Assembly (NCBI GenBank): GCA_903910705.1
Contig: CAIWAN010000104.1
Location: 2,453-66,452 of the forward strand
Length of the DNA stretch: 64,000 nt
Direction of reading: 5' to 3'
Origin: an uncultured Candidatus Marinamargulisbacteria bacterium
Lineage (GTDB): Bacteria > Margulisbacteria > Riflemargulisbacteria > GWF2-35-9
The stretch's first letter is position 1. Every line of letters begins with the position of its first letter. This document shows positions 1-10,088 of this stretch, piece by piece. Both the position numbers and the translations under genes were made by a program. A model generated the notes under the pieces. That model had not been told where the DNA came from and did no database searches. It saw only the letters and a list, made by a program, of their open reading frames with translations.

Positions 1-46
1 TTTAAGAGAAGGAGAAAGCCTTTGTTCTTTTTGTCGTTCGTTTGAG

Positions 47-382
47 TTGGATGCCCAAAGACAACGTATTTTTCAGTTTCTACGGGAAGCACCATGGATT
101 AGATATCAAGATCTTGATGAAATAGACAGAAAACTCATAGACTATGAGGCTTTCATGAGAGAAAGAACATTTCAAATAAATAGAATCTATGATAAAATTG
201 GAATGGAGTATTGGTCCTGGCATCGAAATAAGAACGTAACGAGTCTGAACCAATTTAAGACAAGTATAGAAGAATACGTGATAACAAAACTAAACATTCA
301 TCCACAAGACTTAACAGGTGATCATATAAAGTCAAATGTATCAGCACGTTGGTACAAGCTGTATGAACAGCGAAACCACTAA
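47..382 (+). CDS. hypothetical small basic protein upstream of gyrB
   Basis: 111-aa ORF in origin-proximal position just before gyrB. No recognisable motif and no clear RBS upstream of the first ATG. Confidence 0.3.
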   Translation: MDAQRQRIFQFLREAPWIRYQDLDEIDRKLIDYEAFMRERTFQINRIYDKIGMEYWSWHRNKNVTSLNQFKTSIEEYVITKLNIHPQDLTGDHIKSNVSARWYKLYEQRNH

Positions 383-394
383 AAGGAGAAAACG

Positions 395-2752
395 ATGGTA
401 GAAAGCACCTATAAAGCGTCAGACATTAAAATATTAGAAGGTCTAGAAGCCGTTAGAAAAAGACCAGCTATGTATATTGGCTCAACCGATAAAAGCGGTC
501 TTCATCACTTGGTTTACGAAGTGCTGGATAACAGTATTGATGAGGCGTTGGCAGGCTACTGCAATGAAATTAAGGTCATTTTTGGTGCCGATGGTTCCTG
601 TAGTGTTGAAGACAATGGACGAGGGATTCCCATAGACCTTCACCCTGACCGTGGCGTTAGTGCAGCAGAGATTGTTTTGACGGTTCTTCATGCAGGTGGA
701 AAATTTGAAGGTAAAGGGTATAAGGTTTCGGGCGGTTTACACGGCGTTGGGGTTTCATGCGTTAATGCTCTTTCGACGAAATTGTTAGTCGATATTTATC
801 GCGACGGAAAAAACTACAAACAATCTTTTACAAAAGGTGACCCAGACGCACCGGGAATAACCACTGATTCGGACAAAAAATCAACCGGTACAACGATAAC
901 CTTTTTTCCCGACAACACTATTTTTGAAGAAGTAGATTTTGAATATCAGGTCATCGTCAGTCGATGTAAAGAAATGGCCTATCTAAATAAAGGGATCAAA
1001 ATTTCTTTAGTTGATAATCGCCCAGAAGAACCCCTTCATGATGATTTTCAGTTTGAGGGTGGAATCGTCTCTTACGTTCAAGCCCTTGACGCCAACAAGG
1101 AACCCCTTTTTAAAGACCCCTATTACATATCAAAAGAAAAAGATAATTCAGCTGTTGAAGTTGCCCTTCACTATAGTAAGAATTATTACGACGAGCACGT
1201 CATTTCTTTTGTTAACAACATTCGAACCAAAGAAGGCGGCTCTCATGTCGTCGGGTTTAGAACCGCTCTTACACGATCCCTCAATCTATTTGGCAAAAAA
1301 TATAAAATGTTTAAAGGTGATGAGATATTAACGGGGAATGATACGAAGGAAGGGTTGACCGCGATCATTTCGATTAAGATCCAAGACCCCCAATTTGAAG
1401 GACAAACAAAGGCCAAGCTAGGAAATAGCGAGGTTAGGGGACTTGTTGATGGAATCGTAGGCGAAGCGCTCGAGATGATCTTTGAACGCGACCCGTCAAC
1501 AGCACGTGAAATTATTAATAAGTCTTTATTAGCAGCAAAAGCACGAGAAGCGGCACGAAAAGCACAAGATCTTGCTCGACGGAAAAATGTATTGGAGAGC
1601 ACAACCCTTCCAGGCAAACTCGCGGATTGTTCAGAAGCAAACCCTGAATTAACAGAAATCTTCATTGTTGAGGGTGATAGTGCCGGAGGAAGTGCCAAGC
1701 AAGGACGAGACCGAAATTACCAGGCCATCCTTCCCTTAAAAGGCAAAATCTTAAATGTCGAAAAAGCACGACTGGACAAGATCTTGGAAAACACAGAAAT
1801 AAAGGCTCTTATTACCGCAATAGGACCAGATGTTATTGCCCGATTAGATCGAGAAGAGTCCTTATCTAGAGAAGAAGTTCTAAAAAAAGTTAGATATCAC
1901 AAAATTATTATTATGACCGATGCAGATGTCGACGGTGCCCATATTCGAACGCTTCTTCTCACCTTTTTTTATCGATATGCACGAGAGATTATCACAGAAG
2001 GTCTCATGTATATTGCACAACCGCCCCTTTACCTAGTTAAAAAGGGAAGCAGTAAAGAGTATGCCTATAATGAGGAACAAAAAAAAGAAATAATGAGTCG
2101 ATTTAATTTAGCGGGAATCACGCTCTATACAAAAAACAAAACCCAGAGCCTTCAGCAAAAAGATATCTTGTCTTTTGTTGAACGTTTATCACAACTAAAA
2201 GCCTTATTAGTCGATAGCGATAAACGACTATACAAAACAAGCGATGTTCTTAATGTTATTTTTGAGCTTGAGTTGCCCAGATTCCTTGAGATAAAACACC
2301 GAGTTTTAGAGGCGGGTGATTTATCTGATATTGTCGATGATACAGAGCTGTTTCTTATAAAAATTATTCAAGATGGTGAACTTGACATTAACAAGATAAA
2401 AGACTTTAAACACTCCCTTGATGATTTGAACGAGAGTAAAAATGCGCCCTATATTGTTGACATGAATGGGGATGAAAAAATCGTAGAAAGCAACGAGCTC
2501 CTTATCGAATTTATGGAACGAGTTTCAACCAAAGGAATTACGATTCAACGATATAAGGGTCTCGGAGAAATGAACCCAGAACAATTATGGGAAACAACCC
2601 TAGATCCGTCCCAACGGGCTATGCTTCAAATAAAGCTAGACGATGCAGAAATTGCCGACGAAATATTTACTATATTAATGGGTGGAGATGTCGCACCGCG
2701 AAAGAACTTTATTGAAACGTATGCTCGAAAAGTCCAGTGGCTGGATATATAA
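395..2752 (+). CDS. gyrB: DNA gyrase subunit B
   Basis: GHKL ATPase motif HHLVYEVLDNSIDEAL. Toprim motifs EGDSAGGSAKQGRDR and PLKGKILNV. Good RBS AAAAGGAGAAAA upstream. 785 aa including a roughly 170-aa C-terminal insertion of the type seen in E. coli GyrB. Confidence 0.95.
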   Translation: MVESTYKASDIKILEGLEAVRKRPAMYIGSTDKSGLHHLVYEVLDNSIDEALAGYCNEIKVIFGADGSCSVEDNGRGIPIDLHPDRGVSAAEIVLTVLHAGGKFEGKGYKVSGGLHGVGVSCVNALSTKLLVDIYRDGKNYKQSFTKGDPDAPGITTDSDKKSTGTTITFFPDNTIFEEVDFEYQVIVSRCKEMAYLNKGIKISLVDNRPEEPLHDDFQFEGGIVSYVQALDANKEPLFKDPYYISKEKDNSAVEVALHYSKNYYDEHVISFVNNIRTKEGGSHVVGFRTALTRSLNLFGKKYKMFKGDEILTGNDTKEGLTAIISIKIQDPQFEGQTKAKLGNSEVRGLVDGIVGEALEMIFERDPSTAREIINKSLLAAKAREAARKAQDLARRKNVLESTTLPGKLADCSEANPELTEIFIVEGDSAGGSAKQGRDRNYQAILPLKGKILNVEKARLDKILENTEIKALITAIGPDVIARLDREESLSREEVLKKVRYHKIIIMTDADVDGAHIRTLLLTFFYRYAREIITEGLMYIAQPPLYLVKKGSSKEYAYNEEQKKEIMSRFNLAGITLYTKNKTQSLQQKDILSFVERLSQLKALLVDSDKRLYKTSDVLNVIFELELPRFLEIKHRVLEAGDLSDIVDDTELFLIKIIQDGELDINKIKDFKHSLDDLNESKNAPYIVDMNGDEKIVESNELLIEFMERVSTKGITIQRYKGLGEMNPEQLWETTLDPSQRAMLQIKLDDAEIADEIFTILMGGDVAPRKNFIETYARKVQWLDI

Positions 2753-2764
2753 AGGAGTAACCAC

Positions 2765-5224
2765 ATGTCAGAACAATTAGAATTACTATCCGCTCAAAAT
2801 ATTAAACCCATAAACATAGAAGATGAAATGAAATCCTCTTACATCGATTACGCGATGAGCGTTATCGTTGGACGAGCCCTTCCTGATGTTCGAGATGGAC
2901 TAAAACCTGTTCATCGCCGGATTTTATATGCGATGTATGAACAAGGGATTACACCGGATAAACCGCACAAAAAAAGTGCTCGTGTTGTGGGCGAAGTATT
3001 AGGTAAATATCACCCCCACGGTGACTCAGCTGTTTATGAAGCGATGGTTCGAATGGCTCAACACTTTTCGCTTCGATATCCCTTAGTTGATGGTCAAGGT
3101 AATTTTGGGTCGGTTGACGGAGATAGTGCGGCGGCGATGCGATATACCGAATCCAGAATGAGCAAGATTGCTCTTGAATTACTCGAAGATATTGATAAAA
3201 ATACCGTCGAATTTACTCCCAACTTTGATGAATCCCTAGAAGAGCCCACCGTTATGCCCGCAAAGCTACCGAATTTGCTTATCAACGGAAGCTCTGGAAT
3301 AGCCGTGGGTATGGCAACGAACATTCCCCCGCATAATTTGACCGAGATTTGTGATGCGATCATAGCCTTGATCGAAGAACCGAACCTAACAGCCATGGAG
3401 TTAATGCACTATGTTAAAGGTCCCGATTTCCCAACGGGTGCTCAAATTTGTGGTCAACGAGGCATCATAGAGGCCTATCAAACCGGTAAAGGGATTATTA
3501 AAGTACAAGCCAAACATCATTTTGAGGAAAACAAATCAAAAAAACGTCGAGCCCTCATCATTACCGAGCTTCCCTATACGGTAAACAAAGCCATGCTTAT
3601 TCTAAAAATAGCTGATTTGGTTAAGTCAAAAGCGATTAATGGAATTGCCGATCTACGTGATGAATCTGATCGAAAAGGAATGCGTATTTACATAGAATTT
3701 AAGCGAGAAGCAAATGAGAGTGTTGTCCTGAATCAGCTCATTAAACATACTCAAATGGTTGTAAGTTATGGCATCAATATTGTAGCACTAGACAATGGAC
3801 AGCCCAAAACACTTGGGCTAAGAGAGTTGTTAACGAAGTACATTGAGCATCGAATAATCGTCGTTAAACGCGCTGTTGAGTTTGATCTTAAGAAAGCCCA
3901 AGCGAGAGCCCATATTCTGGAGGGATTAAGGATCGCTCTAGATAACCTTGATCGGGTCATTGAGTTGATTCGCTCAAGTAATACAGGCGAAGAGGCCAGA
4001 GAAGCCTTGATCCGCAACTTTGAACTTTCCGAGATTCAAGCTCAGGCCATTTTGGATATGCGACTTCAACGATTAACAGGTCTAGAACGTGAAAAAATAG
4101 AACTTGAACACAAGGAACTCTTAGAACGAATCGCAGATATGCTAGATATACTTGCCAAGCGAGAGCGAATACTCGATATCATCAAAGCCGATGCCGTTTA
4201 TTTAAGAGAGCGTTTTGGTGATAAGCGTCGGACAGAGTTGACAACGGATATTGAAGACCTTAACTATGAAGACTTGATCGAAGAAGAAACGGTTGCTGTA
4301 TTTATTACAAAATTTGGTTTTGTAAAACGATTGTCCGTCGATAATTTTCGAAACCAACTCCGAGGTGGCCGAGGGATTGGCGGGATGGTAACACGAGAGG
4401 GCGACATTATTGAGAAAGTCTTCATTGTTTCCACACATAGTACGCTCGTATGTTTCACCTCCAATGGAAAAGCCTACAAAACAAAAGTCTATAATATTTC
4501 AGAAGAATCACGGTATAGCAAGGGATCCAATATTTCGAGTATTTTAAATCTTCAAGAAAATGAACTGGTGACCACCGGAGTGATTATGGATAATTTTGAT
4601 GCAGAAAATCAATACTTTTTTATGACCACCCTTCGAGGTGTTGTGAAACGAGTCAAAGTAACAGACTTTAAGAATATCCGAACGAATGGGATTATTGCTA
4701 TCAACCTTGATGAGGGAGATACGTTGCGATGGGTTGAAATTACGGATGGCAACAAAGATGTCATGTTGCTAAGCCGAGATGGTATGGTTATCCGGTTCAA
4801 AGAAGACCAAGTCAGGCCAATAGGTCGTGCTGCACGAGGGGTTCGAGGGATGCAACTTAAGGGTAAAGATCGCATTGTAGATAACAGTGTCCGGTCTGTT
4901 GATGAGGAAAGCTCAAGCCTGCTTATCATTGCTGAGTCAGGGATAGGTAAGCGGATTAATATTAAAGAATTTCGTCTTCAAAAACGCGCGGGTCTTGGCC
5001 TTCGAAGTATTAAGTTAAGGGTCGGTGACTTCCTAGCGGGTGGAGCCATTGTAACGAATGACGATGAAGTCATCATCGTCAGCGAAAAAGGAACCGTGTC
5101 TCGTCAAAGCGTCAAACCTATTTCAAAGCAAGGTCGTGCTGCACGAGGCGTTCGGGTTCAAAAACTAGACAGTAAAGACAAGGTTGTTGCGTTTGCAAAA
5201 CTCCTTGATGAAGAAAAAGAGTAG
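2765..5224 (+). CDS. gyrA: DNA gyrase subunit A
   Basis: N-terminal [28 protein letters not shown] with the catalytic Tyr region. GyrA-box-like [11 protein letters not shown]-terminal beta-pinwheel repeats. 819 aa. Confidence 0.95.
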   Translation: MSEQLELLSAQNIKPINIEDEMKSSYIDYAMSVIVGRALPDVRDGLKPVHRRILYAMYEQGITPDKPHKKSARVVGEVLGKYHPHGDSAVYEAMVRMAQHFSLRYPLVDGQGNFGSVDGDSAAAMRYTESRMSKIALELLEDIDKNTVEFTPNFDESLEEPTVMPAKLPNLLINGSSGIAVGMATNIPPHNLTEICDAIIALIEEPNLTAMELMHYVKGPDFPTGAQICGQRGIIEAYQTGKGIIKVQAKHHFEENKSKKRRALIITELPYTVNKAMLILKIADLVKSKAINGIADLRDESDRKGMRIYIEFKREANESVVLNQLIKHTQMVVSYGINIVALDNGQPKTLGLRELLTKYIEHRIIVVKRAVEFDLKKAQARAHILEGLRIALDNLDRVIELIRSSNTGEEAREALIRNFELSEIQAQAILDMRLQRLTGLEREKIELEHKELLERIADMLDILAKRERILDIIKADAVYLRERFGDKRRTELTTDIEDLNYEDLIEEETVAVFITKFGFVKRLSVDNFRNQLRGGRGIGGMVTREGDIIEKVFIVSTHSTLVCFTSNGKAYKTKVYNISEESRYSKGSNISSILNLQENELVTTGVIMDNFDAENQYFFMTTLRGVVKRVKVTDFKNIRTNGIIAINLDEGDTLRWVEITDGNKDVMLLSRDGMVIRFKEDQVRPIGRAARGVRGMQLKGKDRIVDNSVRSVDEESSSLLIIAESGIGKRINIKEFRLQKRAGLGLRSIKLRVGDFLAGGAIVTNDDEVIIVSEKGTVSRQSVKPISKQGRAARGVRVQKLDSKDKVVAFAKLLDEEKE

Positions 5225-6325
5225 ATGGCTCTTTCTTTAGGCATTGTTGGACTGCCCAATGTTGGTAAATCGACATTATTTAATGCGATAACGCAGTCCA
5301 ATGTGGAAGCAAGCAATTATCCCTTTTGTACGATAGACCCAAATGTCGGGATCGTTACGGTACCGGATCATCGACTTAAGGTTCTTTCCGGCATCTCAAA
5401 GAGTCAAAAGATTATTCCTACCGCTATCGAGTTTTGGGATATTGCTGGCCTTGTCCAAGGCGCGTCAAAAGGCGAGGGACTTGGCAATCAGTTTCTTGCT
5501 AATATCCGAGAAGTTCAGGCTCTTTTGCATGATGTTCGTTGTTTTGAGGATGAGAACATTCTGCATGTAGAAGGTCGGATCGATCCTCTTTCTGATATTG
5601 ATATTATCAATCTAGAGCTTATATTAGCGGACCTCTCAACCCTTGAGAAACGAATACAGGGCAATAGTAAAAAAATGAAAAGTCAGGATAAAACGATTCT
5701 TGAGCAAATGGTTGTTTATGAGAAACTTAAAAATGCCTTAGATGCGGGAAAGCCAGCACGAATCGTCGAGTTAACGGATCAAGAGGAAAGTCATCTTAAA
5801 GATTTAAGTTTGCTTTCTCGCAAGCCGGTTATTTATGTCGCGAATGTGTCTGAAAATGACATTTCTTTCGGTTTAGAGCAGAAGTATGTAAAGAAAATTG
5901 TTCCAATCGCAAAAGAAGAAAAAGCACTGATTATCGTGATCTCCAGTAAAATAGAACAAGAAATAAGCCAATTATCTCCCGAAGAGGCGGCCGAGTATTT
6001 TTCTGCCATTGGTATTACCGAGTCAGGCCTTGATAAACTAGCCAAAGCCAGTTATGAATTGCTGGGCCTCATCTCCTATTTAACAACGGGCGAAAAAGAA
6101 ACCCGAGCTTGGGCGATCAAAAAGGGAACAAAGGGCCCACAAGCCGCAGCGGTTATTCACAGCGACTTTGAAAAAGGCTTTATTAAAGCTGAAGTTGTTT
6201 CATACGAGGATCTTGTTCGTTCAGGCAGCTTTCAAAAAGCCCGAGAAGAGGGCGTTCTTCGCCTAGAAGGCAAGGAATACGTTGTGCGCGATGGAGATTG
6301 TGTCGACTTCAAGGTTAACGCTTAA
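5225..6325 (+). CDS. ychF: ribosome-binding ATPase YchF (Obg-like GTPase family)
   Basis: P-loop GLPNVGKSTLFNAIT at the N-terminus. C-terminal TGS domain ending EGKEYVVRDGDCVDFKVNA. 366 aa, typical for YchF. Confidence 0.9.
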   Translation: MALSLGIVGLPNVGKSTLFNAITQSNVEASNYPFCTIDPNVGIVTVPDHRLKVLSGISKSQKIIPTAIEFWDIAGLVQGASKGEGLGNQFLANIREVQALLHDVRCFEDENILHVEGRIDPLSDIDIINLELILADLSTLEKRIQGNSKKMKSQDKTILEQMVVYEKLKNALDAGKPARIVELTDQEESHLKDLSLLSRKPVIYVANVSENDISFGLEQKYVKKIVPIAKEEKALIIVISSKIEQEISQLSPEEAAEYFSAIGITESGLDKLAKASYELLGLISYLTTGEKETRAWAIKKGTKGPQAAAVIHSDFEKGFIKAEVVSYEDLVRSGSFQKAREEGVLRLEGKEYVVRDGDCVDFKVNA

Positions 6326-6517
6326 TAGCTCAAAGCCTTGGCGTTATACGTTGAATCAACAACCCAACACGTTGATATTGGTGAATTATACGTGTTTCGG
6401 TTTCGGAAAGAATCAACCCATCCTTTATTTTATTCAATATGGGGGTTATTTTAGGTTGAAGCTCTTTGTGAACATCATTGAAGGCCGCTTTAGCTTGCGT
6501 TAGGCTGCTCAATGCGG

Positions 6518-7210
6518 TTAATGGATGAGTTTAACGGCTTTTAAGGGCCAAATAACCGCCCAAGCCTTACCCAAAATCTTGTCCTCAGGAACCACGCCCC
6601 AAACGCGACTATCACTGCTTCGAGGACGATTATCCCCCATAAAGAAATAGTGATGAGAAGGGATTTTTATAGGCCCGAAGTCGGAGTAGTCATTGTTTTT
6701 TACTTGCGGTTCATGCAGAAGTTGATCATTGATAAAGACATCCCCGCTGCGTATCTCAAGCTTTTCACCCGGAAGACCGATCAAGCGTTTAACATATCGT
6801 TCACCGATAAGTTGCGGGGGCTCAAAGTAGACGGGCTCCAATGCTTTATTGTCATTGAAATAGTATTCACGTCCCAAAACAGGGATTTCTGGAGGAAAGA
6901 AGACAATCACATCAAAACGATGAATGGGAGCCTTAAACGGAACGATGTATTTGTTGTTAGAGAAAGGCAAATGATTGTTGTATAGGGGGTTGTGGGCGAC
7001 AAGCATAATGGATTTTTTCATTTTTGCATTGTAAAGAGGGTTTTGAATGCCGTAATAAAAGCGATTAACGATAATACGATCTCCAACATTGATATTGGGG
7101 ATCATTGACCCCGTAGGGATCAAGTGGATTTCGATAATGAACTCTTTAATGAAAACAGCAATAGCGATGGCCATCAGAATGGCGCCAACATTTTGCCAGA
7201 ACTTTTTCAT
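6518..7210 (-). CDS. lepB: signal peptidase I
   Basis: SPase I boxes IPTGSMIPNINVGDRIIVNRF (catalytic Ser) and GDNRPRSSDSRVWGVVPEDKILGKA. Start taken at MKKFWQNV (7208-7210), right after the rplS stop. The ORF track's longer N-terminal extension is probably not translated. Confidence 0.8.
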   Translation of the reverse strand: MKKFWQNVGAILMAIAIAVFIKEFIIEIHLIPTGSMIPNINVGDRIIVNRFYYGIQNPLYNAKMKKSIMLVAHNPLYNNHLPFSNNKYIVPFKAPIHRFDVIVFFPPEIPVLGREYYFNDNKALEPVYFEPPQLIGERYVKRLIGLPGEKLEIRSGDVFINDQLLHEPQVKNNDYSDFGPIKIPSHHYFFMGDNRPRSSDSRVWGVVPEDKILGKAWAVIWPLKAVKLIH

Positions 7211-7220
7211 CAGCGAATGA

Positions 7221-7580
7221 CTAATTGAATCGCGGGTCGCGAGCTTTGATTTTGCTGGCTTTTGATCCAAGAATGCCTCTGAGATAGAAGAGTTTAGCGC
7301 GACGGGCTTTACCTTCGCGAAGCACCTTAAGCTCAGCAAGCAAGGGAGAGTTGATGAAATATGTTTTTTCAACGCCAACGCCTCCAACAACCTTACGAAC
7401 CGTAAAGTTTCTGTCGATCCCGCCATTTTGAATTTTAGTAACTACGCCTTCAAACCCTTGAATACGTTCTTTTTTGCCTTCTATAACTTTAAACCCCACC
7501 TTAACCGTATCACCAATGCGGATATCGGGTAGATCAGAACGGAGTTGATCTTGGGTAACCTCAGCGACTATTGAATTCAT
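7221..7580 (-). CDS. rplS: 50S ribosomal protein L19
   Basis: MNSIVAEVTQ...RIGDTVKV...GKKERIQGFEGVV is a canonical L19 sequence. A GGAGGA RBS sits 6 nt upstream of the ATG at 7578-7580. Confidence 0.9.
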   Translation of the reverse strand: MNSIVAEVTQDQLRSDLPDIRIGDTVKVGFKVIEGKKERIQGFEGVVTKIQNGGIDRNFTVRKVVGGVGVEKTYFINSPLLAELKVLREGKARRAKLFYLRGILGSKASKIKARDPRFN

Positions 7581-8313
7581 ATTTGTCCTCCTCAACGAAA
7601 AACTGTTGTAACAGATCTCGCTCTTCCTCGCTAAAAGGGTGTCGGGCCAAAAGGTCCGGGCGATATCGCCATGTATTCCCTAATGAACTTTTTATTTTCC
7701 AACGCTTAATGTTCTGATGATGACCAGAAACAAGCACATCTGGAACATTGAATATATCAAACTTTTGAGGACGTGTAAAGACGTCCCAGTCAAGAAGCCC
7801 ATTGTAAAAGGAATCCATTGCAGCGGACTCGTCATTTCCAAGAACGCCGGGAAGGAGTCGAATTAGGGCATCGGTTAAGGTCAGCGCGGGTAATTCTCCG
7901 CCGGTTAACACATAGTCACCAACCGAGACACAACGATCCACGTAGTTAAGTAAGCGTGAGTCAAAGCCTTCATAATGCCCCGACAATAAGACAAGATGCT
8001 CGTGTTGGACCAGTTCATGACAGAGCGGCATGGAAAGTTTTTCTCCCGCAGGGGTCAGAAGAATCGTTTGGCAAGCTTTTGTCTTAATAGTGGCTAAGGC
8101 TTGATAGATCGGTTCCATTTGAATGACCATACCCAGCTTTCCACCATAGGGGGTGTCATCAACCTGATGATGTTTATTGTGAGCAAAATTTCGTATATTG
8201 TGTGCACGAAGGTTAAGGTCTTGTCGTTGTTGCGCTCGAGCAAGAATGCTTGAGGTTAAATAGGGTTCGATAAGCTCAGGAAATAACGTCAGGATATCGA
8301 CACGTTTTAGCAT
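7561..8313 (-). CDS. trmD: tRNA (guanine37-N1)-methyltransferase
   Basis: MLKRVDILTLFPELIEPYL start and SPOUT-fold TrmD motifs. Conserved position between rimM and rplS. Confidence 0.9.
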   Translation of the reverse strand: MLKRVDILTLFPELIEPYLTSSILARAQQRQDLNLRAHNIRNFAHNKHHQVDDTPYGGKLGMVIQMEPIYQALATIKTKACQTILLTPAGEKLSMPLCHELVQHEHLVLLSGHYEGFDSRLLNYVDRCVSVGDYVLTGGELPALTLTDALIRLLPGVLGNDESAAMDSFYNGLLDWDVFTRPQKFDIFNVPDVLVSGHHQNIKRWKIKSSLGNTWRYRPDLLARHPFSEEERDLLQQFFVEEDKYEFNSR

Positions 8314-8819
8314 TACACGAGGATGGGTTTTTTTATTGATAGCGTTTGGTTTTTTGGATCAATCAAGAGAATATATTCTGGAATAACGGGAACAAGCCAT
8401 TCCTCGTCGTTCTCGTTTTTTATGGTTAAGATGTCATTGGCCTTGGTTTGTAACACATCGACGACGTTCCCAAGTACAAGGTTGTTTGCCATAACCACCC
8501 AGCCGATCCATTGTTCGGGGAGGTTGATGGGGGAAGGCGTAATGTTTTCTACTTCGCTAAAAGGGAACCAAATCTCCTGATTAACGTGGAACTGAGCTTT
8601 CTCTGGGGTGTATATGCCGGCGAAAGAAAGAAGCAAAAAAGAGGCTGTTTCTCGAAAATCAATCAGTGTCAGATGTTTGGTTCCAACTGTCACGACGTGA
8701 TTTTGTTTTAATAGATTGATGAAGAAGGGACGATAAGGACGAAAACGAATTTCGCCTTTTATCCCGTGTGTTTTACCCAGTTGGCCTATAGGAACGAGTC
8801 GAGAGGGTGACGTGCTCAC
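8313..8819 (-). CDS. rimM: 16S rRNA processing protein RimM
   Basis: LVPIGQLGKTHGIKGEIRFRPY N-terminal RimM motif and a PRC-barrel C-terminus. Stop/start overlap with trmD. Confidence 0.85.
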   Translation of the reverse strand: MSTSPSRLVPIGQLGKTHGIKGEIRFRPYRPFFINLLKQNHVVTVGTKHLTLIDFRETASFLLLSFAGIYTPEKAQFHVNQEIWFPFSEVENITPSPINLPEQWIGWVVMANNLVLGNVVDVLQTKANDILTIKNENDEEWLVPVIPEYILLIDPKNQTLSIKKPILV

Positions 8820-9247
8820 GTCCCTTCGGTGTCTCCTTTGATATCCAAAACGACCCCGTCTTTGACAATAATTTCTAGCCCACCAAGCTTTTGATAAAGA
8901 TTGTCGCCCGGCTTGATGGTAACAAAGCCATCAATGGTTCCCTGAACAAACTCCGAGTTAAGGGCAAGGGTTTGAGCCTCTTTGATTCTTGATTGTAAGT
9001 CCGCAATGACGCCGACTTGTTGTTGGCGTTCAAGCTTCAGTTGCTGCTCAACAGAGGCAATTTGCTCGCTGGCATTCTCGCTTTTTAAGGATTCTATAAG
9101 AAGTTGACCTTGCTTTTCAATGTCAGAAATTTTTGTTTGAAGATCTTTAATGGCGGTTTCCAGCTCATAGGCTAAATAACTCTTAAAATCATCCGTTACA
9201 ATTGCTTTAATCGTTACCGTTCTTTTTAGTGTTACGTTTTTTGCCAT
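8816..9247 (-). CDS. YlqD-family protein (coiled-coil, unknown function)
   Basis: 143-aa coiled-coil-rich protein sitting between the KH protein and rimM. This is the position ylqD occupies in the B. subtilis rpsP-ylqC-ylqD-rimM-trmD-rplS operon. Confidence 0.5.
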   Translation of the reverse strand: MAKNVTLKRTVTIKAIVTDDFKSYLAYELETAIKDLQTKISDIEKQGQLLIESLKSENASEQIASVEQQLKLERQQQVGVIADLQSRIKEAQTLALNSEFVQGTIDGFVTIKPGDNLYQKLGGLEIIVKDGVVLDIKGDTEGT

Positions 9248-9270
9248 GATGCCCCCGCTTTCAGAAGTTT

Positions 9271-9507
9271 CTACTCTTGTGTAATGATCTCGATGGTTAC
9301 TTTTTTGCCTTGCTTAGCGGCTGCTGCCTTAACGATCGCTCGAATAGCGTTGGCGATACGACCTTCTTTACCAATAACTTTTCCAACATCCTCTTGTGCA
9401 ACACGAATTTCATAAACAACAACGCTCTCACTTGCTGTTTCGGCAACCTCAACATTGTCGGGGTTATCTACGAGTGATTTAGTTAAGAGTTCGACGAGAT
9501 CTTTCAT
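9271..9507 (-). CDS. KH-domain RNA-binding protein (YlqC/UPF0109 family)
   Basis: MKDLVELLTKSLVDNPDNVEV...VGKVIGKEGRIANAIRAIV contains the GxxG KH motif. Start at the ATG at 9505-9507 with an AAGGAG RBS; the longer ORF-track version overlaps rpsP. Confidence 0.8.
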   Translation of the reverse strand: MKDLVELLTKSLVDNPDNVEVAETASESVVVYEIRVAQEDVGKVIGKEGRIANAIRAIVKAAAAKQGKKVTIEIITQE

Positions 9508-9529
9508 ACAGTGGACTCCTTGAACGAAA

Positions 9530-9832
9530 TTAGGCGGTAGGTGTGTCTTCTTTTGAGGGAACGGGTTTAATCGAAGGTTTTGCTTTTTCAGCAATAATCC
9601 CTTGACCAACGAGTAAGCGCTCAACGGTTTTTGATGGAAGCGCGCCTTTGGCGATCCAAGCAACAACTTTTGGGCCATCTATTTGAATAACGGCAGGCTT
9701 TTTGAGAGGGTTATACAAACCACACTGATCAATGACCTTACCATCGCGTGCAACGCGAGAATCTTGAACAACAACACGATAAACGGGTTGTTTTGTTTTG
9801 CCGCGTCGTTGTAAACGAATTTTAACTGCCAT
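9530..9832 (-). CDS. rpsP: 30S ribosomal protein S16
   Basis: MAVKIRLQRRGKTKQPVYRVVVQDSRVARDGK is a canonical S16 N-terminus. Confidence 0.9.
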   Translation of the reverse strand: MAVKIRLQRRGKTKQPVYRVVVQDSRVARDGKVIDQCGLYNPLKKPAVIQIDGPKVVAWIAKGALPSKTVERLLVGQGIIAEKAKPSIKPVPSKEDTPTA

Positions 9833-9897
9833 GAGCTCAACTCCTTGTAACGTATATAAAACAATTTATTATAGCATGTAAAAAAACAGACTAGCAA

Positions 9898-9974
9898 TGG
9901 TGCGCCTGAAGGGATTCGAACCCCCGGCCTCTTGATCCGTAGTCAAGTGCTCTATCCAGCTGAGCTACAGGCGC
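9898..9974 (-). tRNA. tRNA-Arg (anticodon ACG)
   Basis: The reverse complement folds as a cloverleaf: acceptor GCGCCTG/CAGGCGC, D-arm GCTC...GAGC, anticodon stem CTTGA/TCAAG with loop CTACGGA, T-loop TTCGAAT, 3' ACCA. Confidence 0.85.
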
Positions 9975-10088
9975 ATCCTTATGATTGCGGGCTTCATTAT
10001 AGCTTAAAACATAAAACCCGTAAAACCATATACAAAGGCAAATCATTTTGGGTAAAATCGAAACAATACAAAGAAAGAAGGCTTCGCC

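Noticed and set aside
482-1698. Three antisense or alternative-frame ORFs inside gyrB (482-691 minus, 1011-1331 plus, 1243-1698 minus)
   Set aside because: They lie entirely within the confidently assigned gyrB reading frame and have low-complexity, unrecognisable products. Treated as frame-shadow ORFs.
6282-6512. Two small ORFs (73 aa plus strand, 60 aa minus strand) in the convergent gap between ychF and lepB
   Set aside because: They overlap each other and the ychF 3' end, and have no RBS or recognisable motif. The region is more likely a shared 3' UTR. A weak hairpin at 6514-6538 (GCGGTTAA...TTAACGGC with one mismatch) was judged not convincing as a terminator.
7211-7426. 72-aa N-terminal extension of the lepB ORF that overlaps rplS
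   Set aside because: The extension precedes the signal-anchor helix, overlaps the rplS coding region in another frame, and a good start (MKKFWQNV) exists directly after the rplS stop. The longer form is probably not translated.
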